A stretch of 64,000 nt of DNA from Squalus acanthias (lineage: Eukaryota), in the NCBI GenBank assembly GCA_030390025.1, contig CM059432.1, positions 148,120,001 to 148,184,000 of the forward strand, given 5' to 3'. Positions 12,577 through 25,057 of this stretch are shown one piece after another (positions within the stretch are counted from its first letter, which is position 1; every line of letters begins with the position of its first letter). Made by a program: the position numbers and the translations under genes. The notes below the pieces were generated by a model. That model made no database searches and was not told the DNA's origin. It saw nothing but the letters and a program-made list of their open reading frames with translations.

Positions 12577-13170
12577 TATATCTTTAGTCATCCAGGGAGC
12601 TCTAGCTTTGGATGCCCTTCCTTTCCCCTTCATGGGAATGTGTCTACTCTATAAGTGAACCATTTCCTCTTTGAAGGCCTCCCATTGTTCAGTTACTGTT
12701 TTGCCTACCAATGTTTGATTCCAATCTACCTGGGCCAGATCCCTTTACAACTTACTGAAGTTAGCCCTCCTCTAGTTAAGTATTTTTACGCTTGATTGCA
12801 CCTTGTCCTTTTTCATAACTATTCTAATCCTATTGATATTATGATCCCTGTTCCTCAAAAGCTCTCCGACTGAAACATGCTCCACTTTTTTTTCATTCGT
12901 TCATGGGATGTGGGCGTCGCTGGCGAGGCCAGCATTTATTGCCCATCCCTAGTGCCCCTTGAGAAGGTGGTGGTGAGCCGCCTTCTTGAACCACTGCAGT
13001 CCATGTGGTGAAGGTGTTCCCACAGTGCTATTAGAGGGGGAGTAATTCATTCTGCAGAACTAGATCCAGCACTCCTTCCTTCCTTGTTGGGCTGGAAATA
13101 CACTGATCAAGAAAGTTCTCTTGTACCCATTTCAGGAATTCCTCCCCCTCTTTGCCCTTTACTACGATAT
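12577..13170 (-). mobile_element. CR1 ORF2 continuation (upstream part of the 179-2643 element), with a LINE tail inserted at ~12886-13040
   Basis: Minus strand reads ASKARAPWMTKDI directly at the Harbinger terminus, the ORF2 segment expected shortly before ANIKGNSKVFY at ~2640. Confidence 0.7.
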
Positions 13171-13174
13171 GCTT

Positions 13175-14334
13175 TTATTTATTCGTTCATGGGATATGGG
13201 TGTCACTGGCAAGGCCAGCATTTATTGCCTATCCCTAATTGCCCTTGAGAAGGTGATGGTGAGCTGCTTTCTTGAACCGCTGCAGTGAGTGTGGTGAAGG
13301 TACTCCCACAGTGCTTTTCGGGAGGGAGTTCCAGGATTTTGACCCAGCGACGATGAAGGATCGGCGATATATTTCTAAGTCAGGATGGTGTGTGACTTGG
13401 AGGGGAACTTGGAGGTCGGTGGTGTTCCCATGCGTCTGCTGCCCTTGTCCTTCTAGGTGGAAGAGGTTGCAGGTTTGGGTGGTGCTGCCGAAGAAGCCTT
13501 GGCGAGTTGCTGCAGTGCATCTTGTAGATGGTACACACTGCAGCCACGGTGCGCCGGTGGTGGAGGGAGTGAATGTTTAAGGTGGTGGATGGGGTGCCAA
13601 TCAAGTGGGCTGCTTTGTCCTGGATGGTGTCGAGCTTCTTGAGTGTTGCTGGAGCTGCACTCATCCAGGCAAGTGGAGAGTATTCCATCACACTCCTGAC
13701 TCGTGCCTTGTAGATGGTGGAAAGCCTTTGGGGAGTCAGGAGGTGAGACACTCGCCGCAGGATACCCAGCCTCTGACCTGCTCTTGTTGCCACAGTATTT
13801 ATGTGGCTGGTCATATAAGTTTTTGGTCAATGGTGGCCCCCAGAATATTGATGGTGGGGGATTCGGCGATGGTAATGCCATTGAATGTCAGCGGGCGGTG
13901 GTTAGACTCTAGCTTGTTGGAGATAGTCATTGCCTGGCACTTCTGTAGCACGAATGTTACCTGCCACTTATAGGCCCAAGCCTGAATGTCGTCCAGGTCT
14001 TGTTGCATGCGGGCATGGACTGCTTCATTATCTGAGGAGTTGCGAATGGCACTGAACACTGTGCAGTCATCAGCGAACATCCCCATTTCTGACCTTATGT
14101 TGGAGGGAAGTTCATTGATGAAGCAGCTGAAGATGGTTGGGCCTAGGACACCACCTGAGGAACTCCTGCAGCGATGTCCTGGGGCTGTGATGATTGACCT
14201 TCAACCACCACAACCATCTTCCTTTGTGCTATGTATGACTCCAGCCAGTGGAGAGTTTTCCCCCCGATTCCCATTGACTTCAGTTTTACTAGGGCTCCTA
14301 GATGCCACACTCAGTCAAATGCTGCCTTGATGTC
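13175..14334 (-). mobile_element. Second LINE family, RT C-terminal half plus 3' UTR
   Basis: MFADDCTVF..MQQDLDDIQAWAYKWQVTF, SHINTVATRAGQRLGILRRVSHLL; same 3' UTR as 10350-10900. Confidence 0.88.
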
Positions 14335-15660
14335 GACAGCTGAAGAAATTGGTAGGGCAACCAAACGTGACCCAATTATGTCAAAGGTGTATAATTACAT
14401 AGTAAATGGATGGTCAAACCAGGTATCAGAGGAAGATATCCACCCATACTTCGTTCATAGGAATGAATTGTCAGTGGATAAAGATTGTATCATATGGGGA
14501 GCAAGAGTGGTTATCCCAAATAGGTTCAGGTCTAAATTGTTAGGAGATCTTCATGAGCAGCACCTGGGAATGTGCTTGACCAAGAGCTTTGCACGCAGTT
14601 ACTTATGGTGGCCAGGTTTGCATAACGAGATAGAGTACATAGTCAGTCAGTGTACAACATGTCAATCGGTGAGTAAGAAACCCCCATCAGTACCATTACA
14701 GCCATGGAAATGGCCTCCCAGGGTGTGGCAAAGGTTACATGTAGATTTTGCTGAGCTAGAAGGGCACCAATTGTTCACAGTGATGGATAGTCACTCGAAG
14801 TGGGTAGAGGTGTTTCCTATGCGGATAATAACAACAAGCAAAACACTAGACACTTTGCAAAGATTGTTTTCTTCATTCGGCCTCCCAGAAGAAATTGTGT
14901 CTGATAATGGGCCGCAATTTTGTTCAGAAGAGTTCACACAGTTCATGAGCAGAAACGGTGTGAAACATACCAAAGTTCCACCGTACCACCTTGCTTCAAA
15001 TGGTGCAGCAGAGCACACAGTACAAATTGTCAAACGTGCCCTCATCAAGCAAATGTTGGATCCAAATCCAAAGAAACAGTTGTTGTTGGACCACAAACTG
15101 GCAAATTTTCTGATTACCTATCGGAATACTCCTCCTACCACTACTGGTAGAAAACCAGCAGAGTTGTTTCTCAAACGACAGCCACGAACCAGGTTCTCAT
15201 TGTTAAAGCCAAACTTGGCACAGTCCGTAGAGGAGAAACAATCAAGGCAGAAAGAGAGTCATGATAAAGGTAGAGTTAGAGAGAGAAGTGTGAAGTTGAA
15301 CCAGAAGGTTAGAGTGAAGAACCATCACCATAAATGGTTAAAGTGGTTACCAGGAAGAGTAGTGAAGATATGTGGCCCGCGCACATATTTGGTCAAGATG
15401 TTTGATCATGGAAAGGTTAGGTTTGTTCACATTGATCATATCTTACCTACAGATGTGGAAGGAGTTGAAAGCTGGGATGATTCAATTTATTCTGATGAGT
15501 CAGATAGTCTTGTTACAAGTAGAGTACCAGCAGCAAATCCTACATCAGACGCACCAGAAACAAGTCCAAGACAAAGTCAGAATTTAAGTCTGAGCCCGAG
15601 TCAGGCAGACAAACAGTCTGAAAGTGTAGATCAAGGTCAGCCCTTGGAGAAAAATTCAGT
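14335..15660 (+). mobile_element. Gypsy/Ty3 LTR-retrotransposon integrase fragment (K02A2.6-like)
   Basis: HHCC zinc finger (LHEQH..CTTC), DDE motifs LHVDF / VSDNGPQF / SNGAAE, YRNTP..TGRKPAEL, GPRTYLV; no stop in ~440 codons; no LTR, gag or RT seen. Confidence 0.92.
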
Positions 15661-16337
15661 TCGGAGAATTGCTCCTTGAACACCCTGGGTGAATTTGACC
15701 TCCTGCTGAGATCCCTTCTTCCCCTCCTCCTCCTCCTCACTCTTCTAGCAGCTTGACCAGCTCTGCGTGGCCTCTGCTCATTTTCCCAGTCACGCTCTAT
15801 TCCAAGAGGAAGGCCTACTAGTGCACCCGTGTCTGGGAGCAACAGGTTTGTGCAGAAGCCTTGAAGTCAGCAAAAAGTACTTCAGCACCTGTCACACCAC
15901 TCTCTGTAGACTTTTGAAACTTGAAACAACTATGGAAAGCACCAAAAACATGTAGAAATCTAGCTACAGCGAGAAGAAATCAACCAGCAACTAACTTATA
16001 AGCAGTTGATGATCCCTTTAAATAGTCCCTGTGGGAGGGTCCTTCATGCTGCTTAATGCGTGATCAGCTGTGTGAGGTTAATAGAGGGCGTAGGCTGGAG
16101 CGTTGAGTTCCAAAACGGCAGCGTTGGCATCAAATCAGCGTTGCGCGCTGATTGACGTCATGATCTGCCCACTCTGCATACTTCCGGCGGACGCTAAGTG
16201 CGCGCTAACCCCTTTACCAAGATGGTATCCGGCGCGCTTCACGTTAGAAATGTGCATGCACTGCGAACGCAATTTGCGAACCCTAAGGGCACACGTATCG
16301 CCCAGCAAACAGGTGCTACCAAGCTCAATTTATGGCC
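15655..16337 (-). mobile_element. Harbinger end fragment with transposase N-terminus
   Basis: GALVGLPLGIERDWENEQR..RRRRRGRRDLSRR..PRVFKEQFS matches N-termini of the other transposase copies; TATTTAAAGGG upstream; terminus-like AATTTATGGCC. Confidence 0.72.
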
Positions 16338-16376
16338 TGCCCCATCTGCCTGTTCCGGTGGATATAAAAGATCCCA

Positions 16377-17852
16377 GCCTAGAAATTCGAACCTTTAGCG
16401 CCGGCCATTAAGGTCAGTTTTTGAAGAAAAATGGAGGCCGCTTCGCTTCCGCCCACTTCTGGCATGGAACGTAGCAGCCGCCATATTGGGCATGTCGACA
16501 GTGCTGCCGTTGGCTGCGCTCGCAAGTATTTTAATTACCAGGAGCGAGACGTCAATCGGTGTACAAGGCTGAATTGATGCACGCTCAGCGATTCTGGAGC
16601 TCGCCGCTCCTCTTACTGCCCTCTCCAAACACGCCCGTGCGTGCAGCCGTTGACAGCGTGTAGAGGCGGGAGAAAGCGGCAGTGAGCTGTAAACCTGTAC
16701 AGTAAACAGCTGTTGGGATAACTGGTAACTATGGAGAGCTCCGACTATGTAATTGGAGTGAAAACTGCTTCCAGTGAGAGACATCAAATCTCCCCCTCCC
16801 CCGGTCAGTCAAACATTACAGTAAATACTTTTAAAATAAACTATACTGTACTGCAGCTGTAAGAGTCTCCGGAAAAAAATCAAAACTGTATTTCCTTAAA
16901 TTTTATACATTGGGTTTTCTAATTTAGGAACTGATAAAATAATATGCAAAGTTTTGAAGTCTGTTTTTCAAAGGCCAAGAATTAAGGAAGATTTGACATG
17001 ATATTCTCACCAAGAGTTCTTCAAAAGTCTGTTATTGTTAAAAATGTAATTGAACTCTCTTCTGCACCATTTACACCAGTAAACTGCTGACCAAGAGCTC
17101 CATGTTCCCCTTTTTTAATGTATTTCCATTGATGTCTCATGCAACGGTTTAAGGACATCTATGCCAGTCTTTATGCGGTGTTTCCAGTCACAGTCCCTCC
17201 AGATCTGAGCCTGTGCTTTAAGAGCCACTCACCAGCGAGTGAATGCCCTCTGCGATCTGCAGGCTAGTGCACTGTCACTGCTATCAGCAAGGTGGTGCGT
17301 CCCCATCCCCTCTCCCTCCAGCACCATGCTGGAGTACAAACCTCTACACAGCAACCATCTGGGTGAGACATCTGTGGAGCTGTGGCAGCTAGCGAAGGTG
17401 GGAGTACCAGGCAGTCTGGCACCCATTTGTGGACCCCACACAAGACACGGACAAATGTCCGCGAAAGTAAGCGGGAAGCCGTGGTCAAACAAATGCCTCC
17501 TAATGTGCCACAACGCAAAATGCTCCATCCCTACAAAGGCCATCAGCGGACTCGATACCTCCTGACCCAGCAAAACCCAGGAATCGTCACCAAATGATCC
17601 GAAACAGCACATTCACTGTTAATAGGTGACTGCCCAAGAACGCTGCACCGATCCTTTAGACGCGACCTTCGGCCTCCTGCTGATGTTACTGCCAGAAAGA
17701 GCGCGTTGCACAGGTGATTCTGAGTTCTGCTCATTTAAATCAGCAAGCAGCCCGAACATACCAGTACTGCCTACGCTCTTTTTGTGGGCAGCCACTAACC
17801 TGGGCCCGCGGTGGCACCGCCCGTTTTCGGGCATAATCAAATTTCTAAGCCC
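16377..17852. mobile_element. Non-autonomous Harbinger derivative (~1.5 kb) inserted in an old SINE
   Basis: Ends GCCTAGAAATTCG / CAAATTTCTAAGCCC; first ~130 bp align with the terminus of Harbinger copy 1; SINE text GGTGGATATAAAAGATCCCA before and CATGTTACTTTTTCAAAGAA after. Confidence 0.78.
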
Positions 17853-18065
17853 CCATGTTACTTTTTCAAAGAACAACAGAGAGGTCTCCCACTGTTCCGG
17901 TCAAACCAAGATTAATTGGTGATTTATCTCATTACTTTTTGCTGGACCTGTGCTCAAATTGGTTTCTGTGTGTGTGACGACTCTTCAAAATATGTTAGAT
18001 GCGAAGTGCTTTCATATGTCTTACATTAAGCAATGCTATATAAACGCAACTTAATTCCTTCCTTG
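17853..18065 (+). mobile_element. Old, diverged Deu-type SINE remnant (5' part at 16338-16376)
   Basis: Degenerate match to the SINE core and tail (TGTGCTCAAATTGG..GCTATATAAACGCAA). Confidence 0.6.
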
Positions 18066-18189
18066 CTCTTGTTTTCGGTTGTATCTTTGCCAAAACCCAT
18101 TTTCACGCTCATATTTCTATTCTCAGCAGCTGCCTCCAGTTCTGACTCACTCCATGTGGATTCAGTTCTACTTTCGAACATCGTCTTTT

Positions 18190-20068
18190 TAGAATCATAG
18201 AATCATAGAATGGTTACAGCACAGAAGGAGGCCATTAGACCCGTCGAGCCCGTGCCGGCTCTCTGCAAGAGCACTTCAGCTAGTCCCACTCCCCCGCCCT
18301 TTCCCCGTAGCCCTGCAAATTTCTTTCGTTCAGATATTTATCCAATTCCCTTTTGAAAGCCATGATTGAGTCTGCCTCCACCACCCTTTCAGGCAGTGCA
18401 TTCCAGATCTTAACCACTCACTGCGTAAAAAAGTTTTTTCTTGCATCGCCTTTGGTTCTTTTGCCAAACACCGTAAATCTGTGTCCTCTGGTTCTCGACC
18501 CTTCTGCCAATGGGAACAGTTTCTCTCTATCTATTCTGTCCAGATCCCTCATGATTTTGAACACCGCTATCAAATCTCCTCTCAATCTTCTCTGCTCCAC
18601 GGAGAACAACCCCAGCTTCTCCAGTCTATCAACGTAACTGAAGTCCGTCATTCCTGGAATCATTCTTGTGAATCTTTTCTGCACCCTCTCTAAGGCCTTC
18701 ACATCCTTCCTAAAGTGTGGTGCCCAGAATTGGACACAGTACTCCAGTTAGGGCCGAACCAGTGTTTTATACAGGTTCATCATAATTTCCACACTTTTGT
18801 ACTCTATCCTCTATTTATGAAGCCCAGGATCCCGTTAGCCTTTTTAACTGCTTTCTCAACCTGCCCTGCCACCTTCAACGATTTGTGCACACGTACCCTC
18901 AGGTCTCTCTGTTCGTGCACCCCCTTCAGGATTGTACCATTTAGTTTATATTTCCTCTCCTCATTCTTTTTACCAAAATGTATCACTTCACAATTTTCTG
19001 TGTTAAATTTCATCTGCCACGTGTCCGCCCATTTCACCAGCCTATCTATGTCTTCCTGAAGTCTATCACTCTCCTCCTCATCACTGTTCATTATACTTCC
19101 AAGTTTTGTGTCATCTGCAAATTTTGAAATTGTGCCCTGTACACCCACGTCCAAGTCATTAATATATATCAAGAAAAGCAGTGGTCTTAGAACCGACCCC
19201 TGGGAACACCACTGTATACCTTCCTCCAGTCCAAAAAACAACCGTTCACCACTACTCTCTGTTTCCTATCACTTAGCCAATTTCAAATCCATGCTGCCAC
19301 TGTCCCTTTTATTCCATGGGCTTCAACTTTGCTGGCAAGCCTATTATGTGGCACTTTGTCGAATGCCTTTTGGAAATCCATGTACACTACGTCAACCGCA
19401 TTACCCTCATCAACCCTCTCTGTTACCTCATCAAAAAACTCAATCAAGTTAGTTGAACACTATTTGCCTTTAACAACTCCATGCTGGCTTTCCTTAATTA
19501 ATCCACACTTGTCCAAGTGACTGTTAATTTTGTCCCTTATTACTGTTTCTAAAAGCTTCCCCCTACCGAGGTCAAACTGACTGACCTGTAATTGCTGGGT
19601 TTATCTTTACACCCTTTTTGAACAATGGTGTAACATTTGCAATTCTCCAGTCTTCTGGCATCACCCCCGTATCTAAGAAGGATTGCAATATTTTTGGCCA
19701 GCACTTCCACGATTTCCTCCCTCAATTCCCTCAGCATCCTAGTATGCATTCCATCTGCGCCTGATGACTTATCTACTTTAAGTACAGCCAGCCTTTCCAA
19801 TACCTCATCTTTATCAATTTTTATCCAATCAAGTATCTCCACCACCTCCTCCTTCACTATGTCTATGTTAGCATCCTCTTCCTTGGTGAAGACAGATGAA
19901 AAGTACTCATTTAGCACCTCAGCCATACTCCCTGTCTCCATGCGTAGGTCTCCTTTTTGGTCCCTAATCGGTCCCACCCCTCCTTTTATCATCCTTTTAC
20001 TATTTATATGCCTATATAAGACTTTTGGATTACCTTTTATGTTGGCTGCCATTCTGTTCTCATATCCC
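18190..20068 (-). mobile_element. CR1 LINE, ORF2 RT region plus 3' UTR
   Basis: (ATTCTATG)n tail; QGSVLRPLLFLIYINDLD..ISKFADDTKL; ALERVQKRFTRMIPG; VLNEYFSSVFTKE. Confidence 0.93.
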
Positions 20069-20082
20069 TTGAATGATTACGT

Positions 20083-20822
20083 CTACCACATAAAAGGACA
20101 AGGGCAGCAGGCGCATGGGAGCAACATCACCTGCAAGTTCCCCTCCAAGTCACACACCATCATAACTTGGAAGTATATTGCCATTTCTTCATCATCGCTG
20201 GGTCAAAATCCTGGAACTCCCTCCCTAACAGCACTGTGGGAGTTCCTTCAACACACGGACTGCAGCGGTTCAAGAGAGAAAGAAAGAAAAACTTGCATTT
20301 ATATAGCGCCTTTCACGACCACCGGATGTCTCAAAGCGCTTAACAGCCAATGAAGTACTTTTGAAATGCAGTCACTGTTGTAATGTGGGAAACGCGGCAG
20401 CCAATTTGCACACAGCAAGGTCCCACAAACAGCAATGTGATAATGACCATATAATCTGTTTTTGTTATGTTGGTTGAGGGATAAATGTTGGCCAGGACAC
20501 CGGGGAGAACTCCCCTACTCTTCTCTGAAATAGTGCCATGGGATCTTTTACGTCCACCTGAGAGAGCAGACGGGACCTCGGTTTAACGTCTCATCCGAAA
20601 GACGGCACCTCCAACAGTGCAGCACTCCCTCAGCACTGCACTGGAGTGTCAGCCTAGCTTTATGTGCTCAAGTTCCTGGAGTGGGACTTGAACATATAAC
20701 CGTCGGACTCAGAGGCGAGTGTGCTACCAACTGAGCCACCACCTTCTCAAGGGCGACTAAGGATGGGCAATAAATGCTGGCCTTGCCAGCGATGCCCACA
20801 TCCCATGAACAAATTAAAAAAA
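20083..20822 (+). mobile_element. Second LINE family 3' end, split by a SINE
   Basis: Matches 10600-10900; resumes after the SINE at CACCTTCTCAAGGGC..CCCATGAACAAATTAAAAA. Confidence 0.8.
20277..20739 (-). mobile_element. Deu-type tRNA SINE
   Basis: Same A box (TGGCTCAGTTGG), B box (GTTCAAGTCC), core and tail as 1321-1779. Confidence 0.85.
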
Positions 20823-20849
20823 TCTCAGGCCCCCTCCCTCACCTCTTTT

Positions 20850-21185
20850 TCCGATACATTGATACATTCAAGCTTCCTGCTCTCGCCCTGAACTGGAAAA
20901 TATCATCAACTTTGCTTCCAATTTCCACCCCTCCCTTGCATTTCAATGGTCCATCTCAACTCTTCCCTTCCCTTCCTCGATTTCTCTATCTCCATTTCTG
21001 TGGATAGACTGACCACCAATATCTTCTATAAGCCCACTAACTCCCACAGCTGCCTTGATTACACTTCCTCCAACCCCGCTTCCTGTAAGGACTCTATTCC
21101 ATTTTCCCAGCTGCTCCATCTCCATCGCATCTGCTCCGACGATGCCACCTTCCACACCAGTGCTTCTGATATGTCTTCCTTTTGG
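20850..21185 (+). mobile_element. Penelope-like RT fragment
   Basis: LPFLDFSISISVDRLTTNIFYKPTNSHSCLDYTSSNPASCKDSIPFSQLLHLHRICSD, typical of the PLE RT C-terminal/thumb region. Confidence 0.85.
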
Positions 21186-21186
21186 G

Positions 21187-22100
21187 CTGAGGAATTCCTG
21201 CAGCGATGTCCTGGGGCTGTGATGATTGACCTCCAACCACCAGAACTATCTTCCTTTGTGCTTGGTATGACTCCAGCCAGTGGAGAGTTTACCCCCCGAT
21301 TCCCATTGACTTCAGTTTTACTAGGGCTCCTTGATGCCACACTCGGTCAAATGCTGCCTTGATGTCAAGGGCAGTCACTCTCACCTCACCTCTGGAATTC
21401 AGCTCTTTTGTCCATGTTTGGACCAAGGCTGTAATGAGGTCTGGAGCCAAGTGGTCCTGGCGGAATCCAAACTGGGCATCAGTAAGCAGGTTGCTGGTGA
21501 GTAAGTGCCGCTTGATAGCACTGTCGACGACACCTTCCATCACTTTGCTGATAATTGAGAGTAGGCTGATGGGGCGGTATATTGGCCTGATTGGATTTGT
21601 CCTGCTTTTTGTGGATAGGACATACCTGGGCAGTTTTCCACATTGTCGGGTAGATGCCAGTGTTGTAGCTGTACTGGAACAGCTTGGCTAGAGGCGCGGC
21701 TAGTTCTGGAGCACAAGTCTTCAGCACGACAGCCGGGATGTTGTCGGGGCCCACAGCCTTTGCTGTATCCAGTGCGCTCAGCCATTTCTTGATATCACAT
21801 GGAGTGAATCAAATTGGCTGAAGACTGGCTTCTGTGGTGGTGGGGACCTCAGGAGGAGGCCAATATGGATCATCCACTCGGCACTTCTGGATGAAGATGG
21901 TTGCAAACGCTTCAGCTTTGTCTTTTGCACTCACGTTTTGGGCTCCACCATCATTCAGGATGGGGATATTCATGGAGCTTCCTCCTCCCGTTAGTTGTTT
22001 AATGGTCCACCACCATTCACGACTGGATGTGGCAGGACTGCAGAGCTTTGATCTGATCCATTGATTGGGTGGGATTGTTTAGCTCTGTCTATAGCATGCT
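21187..22100 (-). mobile_element. Second LINE family, internal RT fragment
   Basis: GPDNIPAVVLKTCAPELAAPLAKLF, LTDAQFGFRQDH, ALDIKAAFDRVWHQG. Confidence 0.88.
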
Positions 22101-23070
22101 GAATAGGACTGGAACAAAGTGTGTTCCACATATCCCACGAAAAAGCAGGCATCACGAGGACCCATGCGGGTTCCCATAGCAACACTTTTTATTTGGAGGA
22201 AGTGAGTGGAGTTAAAGAAGTAGTTCAGTGTAAGAACATGTTCAGTCAGGCAGAGGAGGGTGGTGGTGGAAGGGGACTGGTTTGGCCTCCATTCAAGGAA
22301 GGAGCGGATGGCCCGTAGGATGTCCTGATGGGGGATGGAGCTGTAGAGGGACTGGACTTACATCACGCCATAGTGAAAAGGAGACGTTGGAGGCCATGAG
22401 AGGAAGATCTCCAGAAGAGATGAGGTCAGTGGCGGTCTGCGAAACGATGACTTGAATTTCAGCGGTGGGGTCATGGTCCGGGGGAGATAATAGGAGATAT
22501 TGTAGAGTTGGCGTTCAGTCTCTGCAAGGTAGAGGTCCGTTTGCCAAACAATGGTGCCCTCCTTGTCAGCAGGCTTAATGACAATGTCAGGGTTGGACCT
22601 GAAAGAAAGGAGCGCTGCAAGGTCAGAAGGAGGTAGATTAGAGTGAGTGAGGGGAGTAGAGAAATTTAGATGGACGATCGCACTGGTTCCCAATGAAAAG
22701 ATCAAAACAAGGTAAGAGGCCAGAGGGAGGGGTCTAAGTAAACTGAGAGTTCTGAAGACAAGAGAAAAGGTCTGTTGTGCAGGGCGAACACTCTTGGCCA
22801 AAGAAGTGGGCGCGGAGGCGAAGTCGAGAGAAGAAGCACTCAGCATCACGTTGAGCTCAAAATCCATTGGGGTGGGAGTGTATGGGTAGGAAGCTGAGGC
22901 CTTTGTTGAGGACTGATCGTTGGAGTCAGAGAGGGGAAAGTCAGAGGGGGTAGTCAAAACACAGCAATAGGTAAGATTGGAAGGAGGGATGGGGTCAGTG
23001 GAAAGTGAAGGGGAAGAAGGATCCGGAGGACATTGGTACCCAAGAGTTGTTGAAGCTTGCGATCCTTGAC

Positions 23071-23459
23071 ATCTCATTGAAACGTATAAAATTCTGACAG
23101 GGCTCGACAGACTGGATGCAGGGAGGATGTTTCCCCTGGCTGGGGGGTCGAGAACGAGGGGTTACAGTCTCAGGATACGGGGTAGGACATTTAGGACTGA
23201 GATGAGGAGAAATTTCTTCACTCAGAGGGTGGTGAACCTGTGGAATTCTCTACCACAGAAGGCTGTGGAGGCCAAGTCACTGAATATATTTAAGAAGAAG
23301 ATAGATAGATTTCTAGACACAAAAGGCATCAAGGGGTATGGGGAGAGAGTGGGAATATGGTATTGAGATAGAGGATCAGCCATGATCGTGTTGAATGGTG
23401 GAGCAGGTTCGAAGGGCCGAATGGCCTACTCCTGCTCCTATTTTTCTATGTTTCTATGA
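23071..23459 (+). mobile_element. 5'-truncated CR1 (TTTCTATG-tailed subfamily)
   Basis: FPLAGGSRTRGYSLRIRGRTFRTEMRRNFFTQRVVNLWNSLP; tail TTTCTATGTTTCTATG. Confidence 0.9.
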
Positions 23460-23932
23460 CACCTGAAAAGAAGAAAAAAAGTTTTTTTTAAAGCGCTGGA
23501 TGAGGCGAAAAATGAAACCAGATCAGCTCTGAAATAGAGTGAGCCGGTGCTACTCAAGAGAGAGGTCAAGGGCATGCACGTGTCGGCGCATGGTGTTAAG
23601 CGTGGATCTCAGGAAGCAACAAGAGCAATGGTTCAAGGAACGCGGAATATAATGCAGATATCTGTAGTCATGGGTGGATCCGAAACATGAAAGATGGAAT
23701 TTAAGTTGGAATCCATGTGGAATAAGTTGGAGCCGGAGACAGTTGCTGAGGAAAGATATGTGGCTGTGAAAGCGAGTTTTGTTAGATGCCTAATCAAAAA
23801 CGAGAAGAGAAACAGATAGCAATGAAGGTGAACAATGTAAAAGAGACAAGCGTGAATCCCGTCAGGGAGAAGAGCAGAACTTCTTCAAGGTGAGCATTCC
23901 TGGAAGAGAACTGGCAGTGAATTAAACACCAA

Positions 23933-24648
23933 GGGGGAAAAATTTGTTTTTTATGCACCTCCCGTTAGCGCCCGGATGCAACGCCGCTAACGCCTCCCGC
24001 AAAATTCAGCGGGAGGTTAGCGGCGGTGGTAGCCGGTAGCGCCTGGCAGCGCTGCACCTCCGGCAATGACGTCATCACCGTGCGCAGCGCCCCACTCGCG
24101 CCCCGGACGCAAACTTGTATTGCGCCCCCTGCTGACCTACCGCCGGCCGCCATGTCCGACAGGGTCAGGGGGGCATCTCAGCAGCCGGGGCGGCGATAAT
24201 TAAAGGGCAGGTGCTGGGTGGCCATTTTTTACTGGGCCGCCTGCCAGCATCTCCCCTCTCTCGCCTCCTCCTGCGGGGTGCCGGCCATGATCCGTCAGCC
24301 CGGCACTCCCCTTGGGTGCCGGGCTCTTTTGCCGGCATCCCGCTCCCCGGTGGTCCGGCAGGGCCCCGGTGCGCGCTGCGCTAGGCCCCTCCCCTTTAAT
24401 CAGGGGAGGGAGGCCTGCAGTACCGCGGCGCTACGTGCCGACACATGTGGCGCTGCTGCACGTAGCGCCGCGATATTCCATGGGCGCGCCCCAAGAGAGA
24501 GGGGGAGCGCTTCCAGTAGCGCCCCGCCCCCTGCTTGGGGCACTCCCATTCCATTTCAGGCGCGGGGCTGCCAACTTTTTCGGGGCACTAAAAGTAGCAC
24601 CCCGGCGAAGTTAGCGCCCCAAAGGGGGCACGAGCCAATTTTCCCCCC
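23933..24648. mobile_element. GC/CpG-rich MITE, Harbinger-like
   Basis: Termini GGGGGAAAAATTTG / CCAATTTTCCCCCC; flanks CAA / TAA; interrupts the Penelope terminal region. Confidence 0.7.
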
Positions 24649-25057
24649 TAAAAGAAAAGCAAAAAACTGCGGATGCTGGAATCTGAAATAAAAATAGAAA
24701 ATGCTGGAAACACATTCGTTTTGGAATTGAACTTTAGCAAGCTCTTAACAATTTTTTGTTATTAGGTAAAACAAAAAAGTAGGTGTGAATTACCAGTGGT
24801 AGAAAGCAATTAACAGACTGTTGAGATTTTTGCATGGCTTGGGATGGAAGTGCCCCCTCACTCACAGCTCTGGGTCCTGCAATGCACCTGTTCAGATGAA
24901 AGAATGTGATCTCTTAAACTCAGCTATGCCATCATGGGGAATGCACTTAGTAGAGGGCACAGAAAAAGAGAGAAATTCGCCCCAATGCCTCATACTTACA
25001 GAAGCCTGGGGTCAGGTTGCTTACCTGCCTTCCTCCTCAGTCAGGTTGGTGCCAACC

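Larger units (their letters stand above)
22101..24712 (-). mobile_element. Penelope-like element, 5' portion, decayed; hosts a CR1 and a MITE
   Basis: SNLPPSDLAALLSFRSNPDIVIKPADKEG..DLYLAETERQL; RT fragment MGTRMG-like near 22160; pLTR sequence at 24660-24712 is the reverse complement of 10180-10235. Confidence 0.75.

Noticed and set aside
14231..15679. 482-aa ORF as a genuine fusion gene
   Set aside because: The first ~35 codons are antisense LINE sequence (same text at 21265-21366) and the last few come from a Harbinger fragment; only the integrase part is meaningful
22358..23077. 239-aa Ser/Pro-rich ORF as a host protein
   Set aside because: A frameshifted Penelope ORF remnant (IVIKPADK motif)
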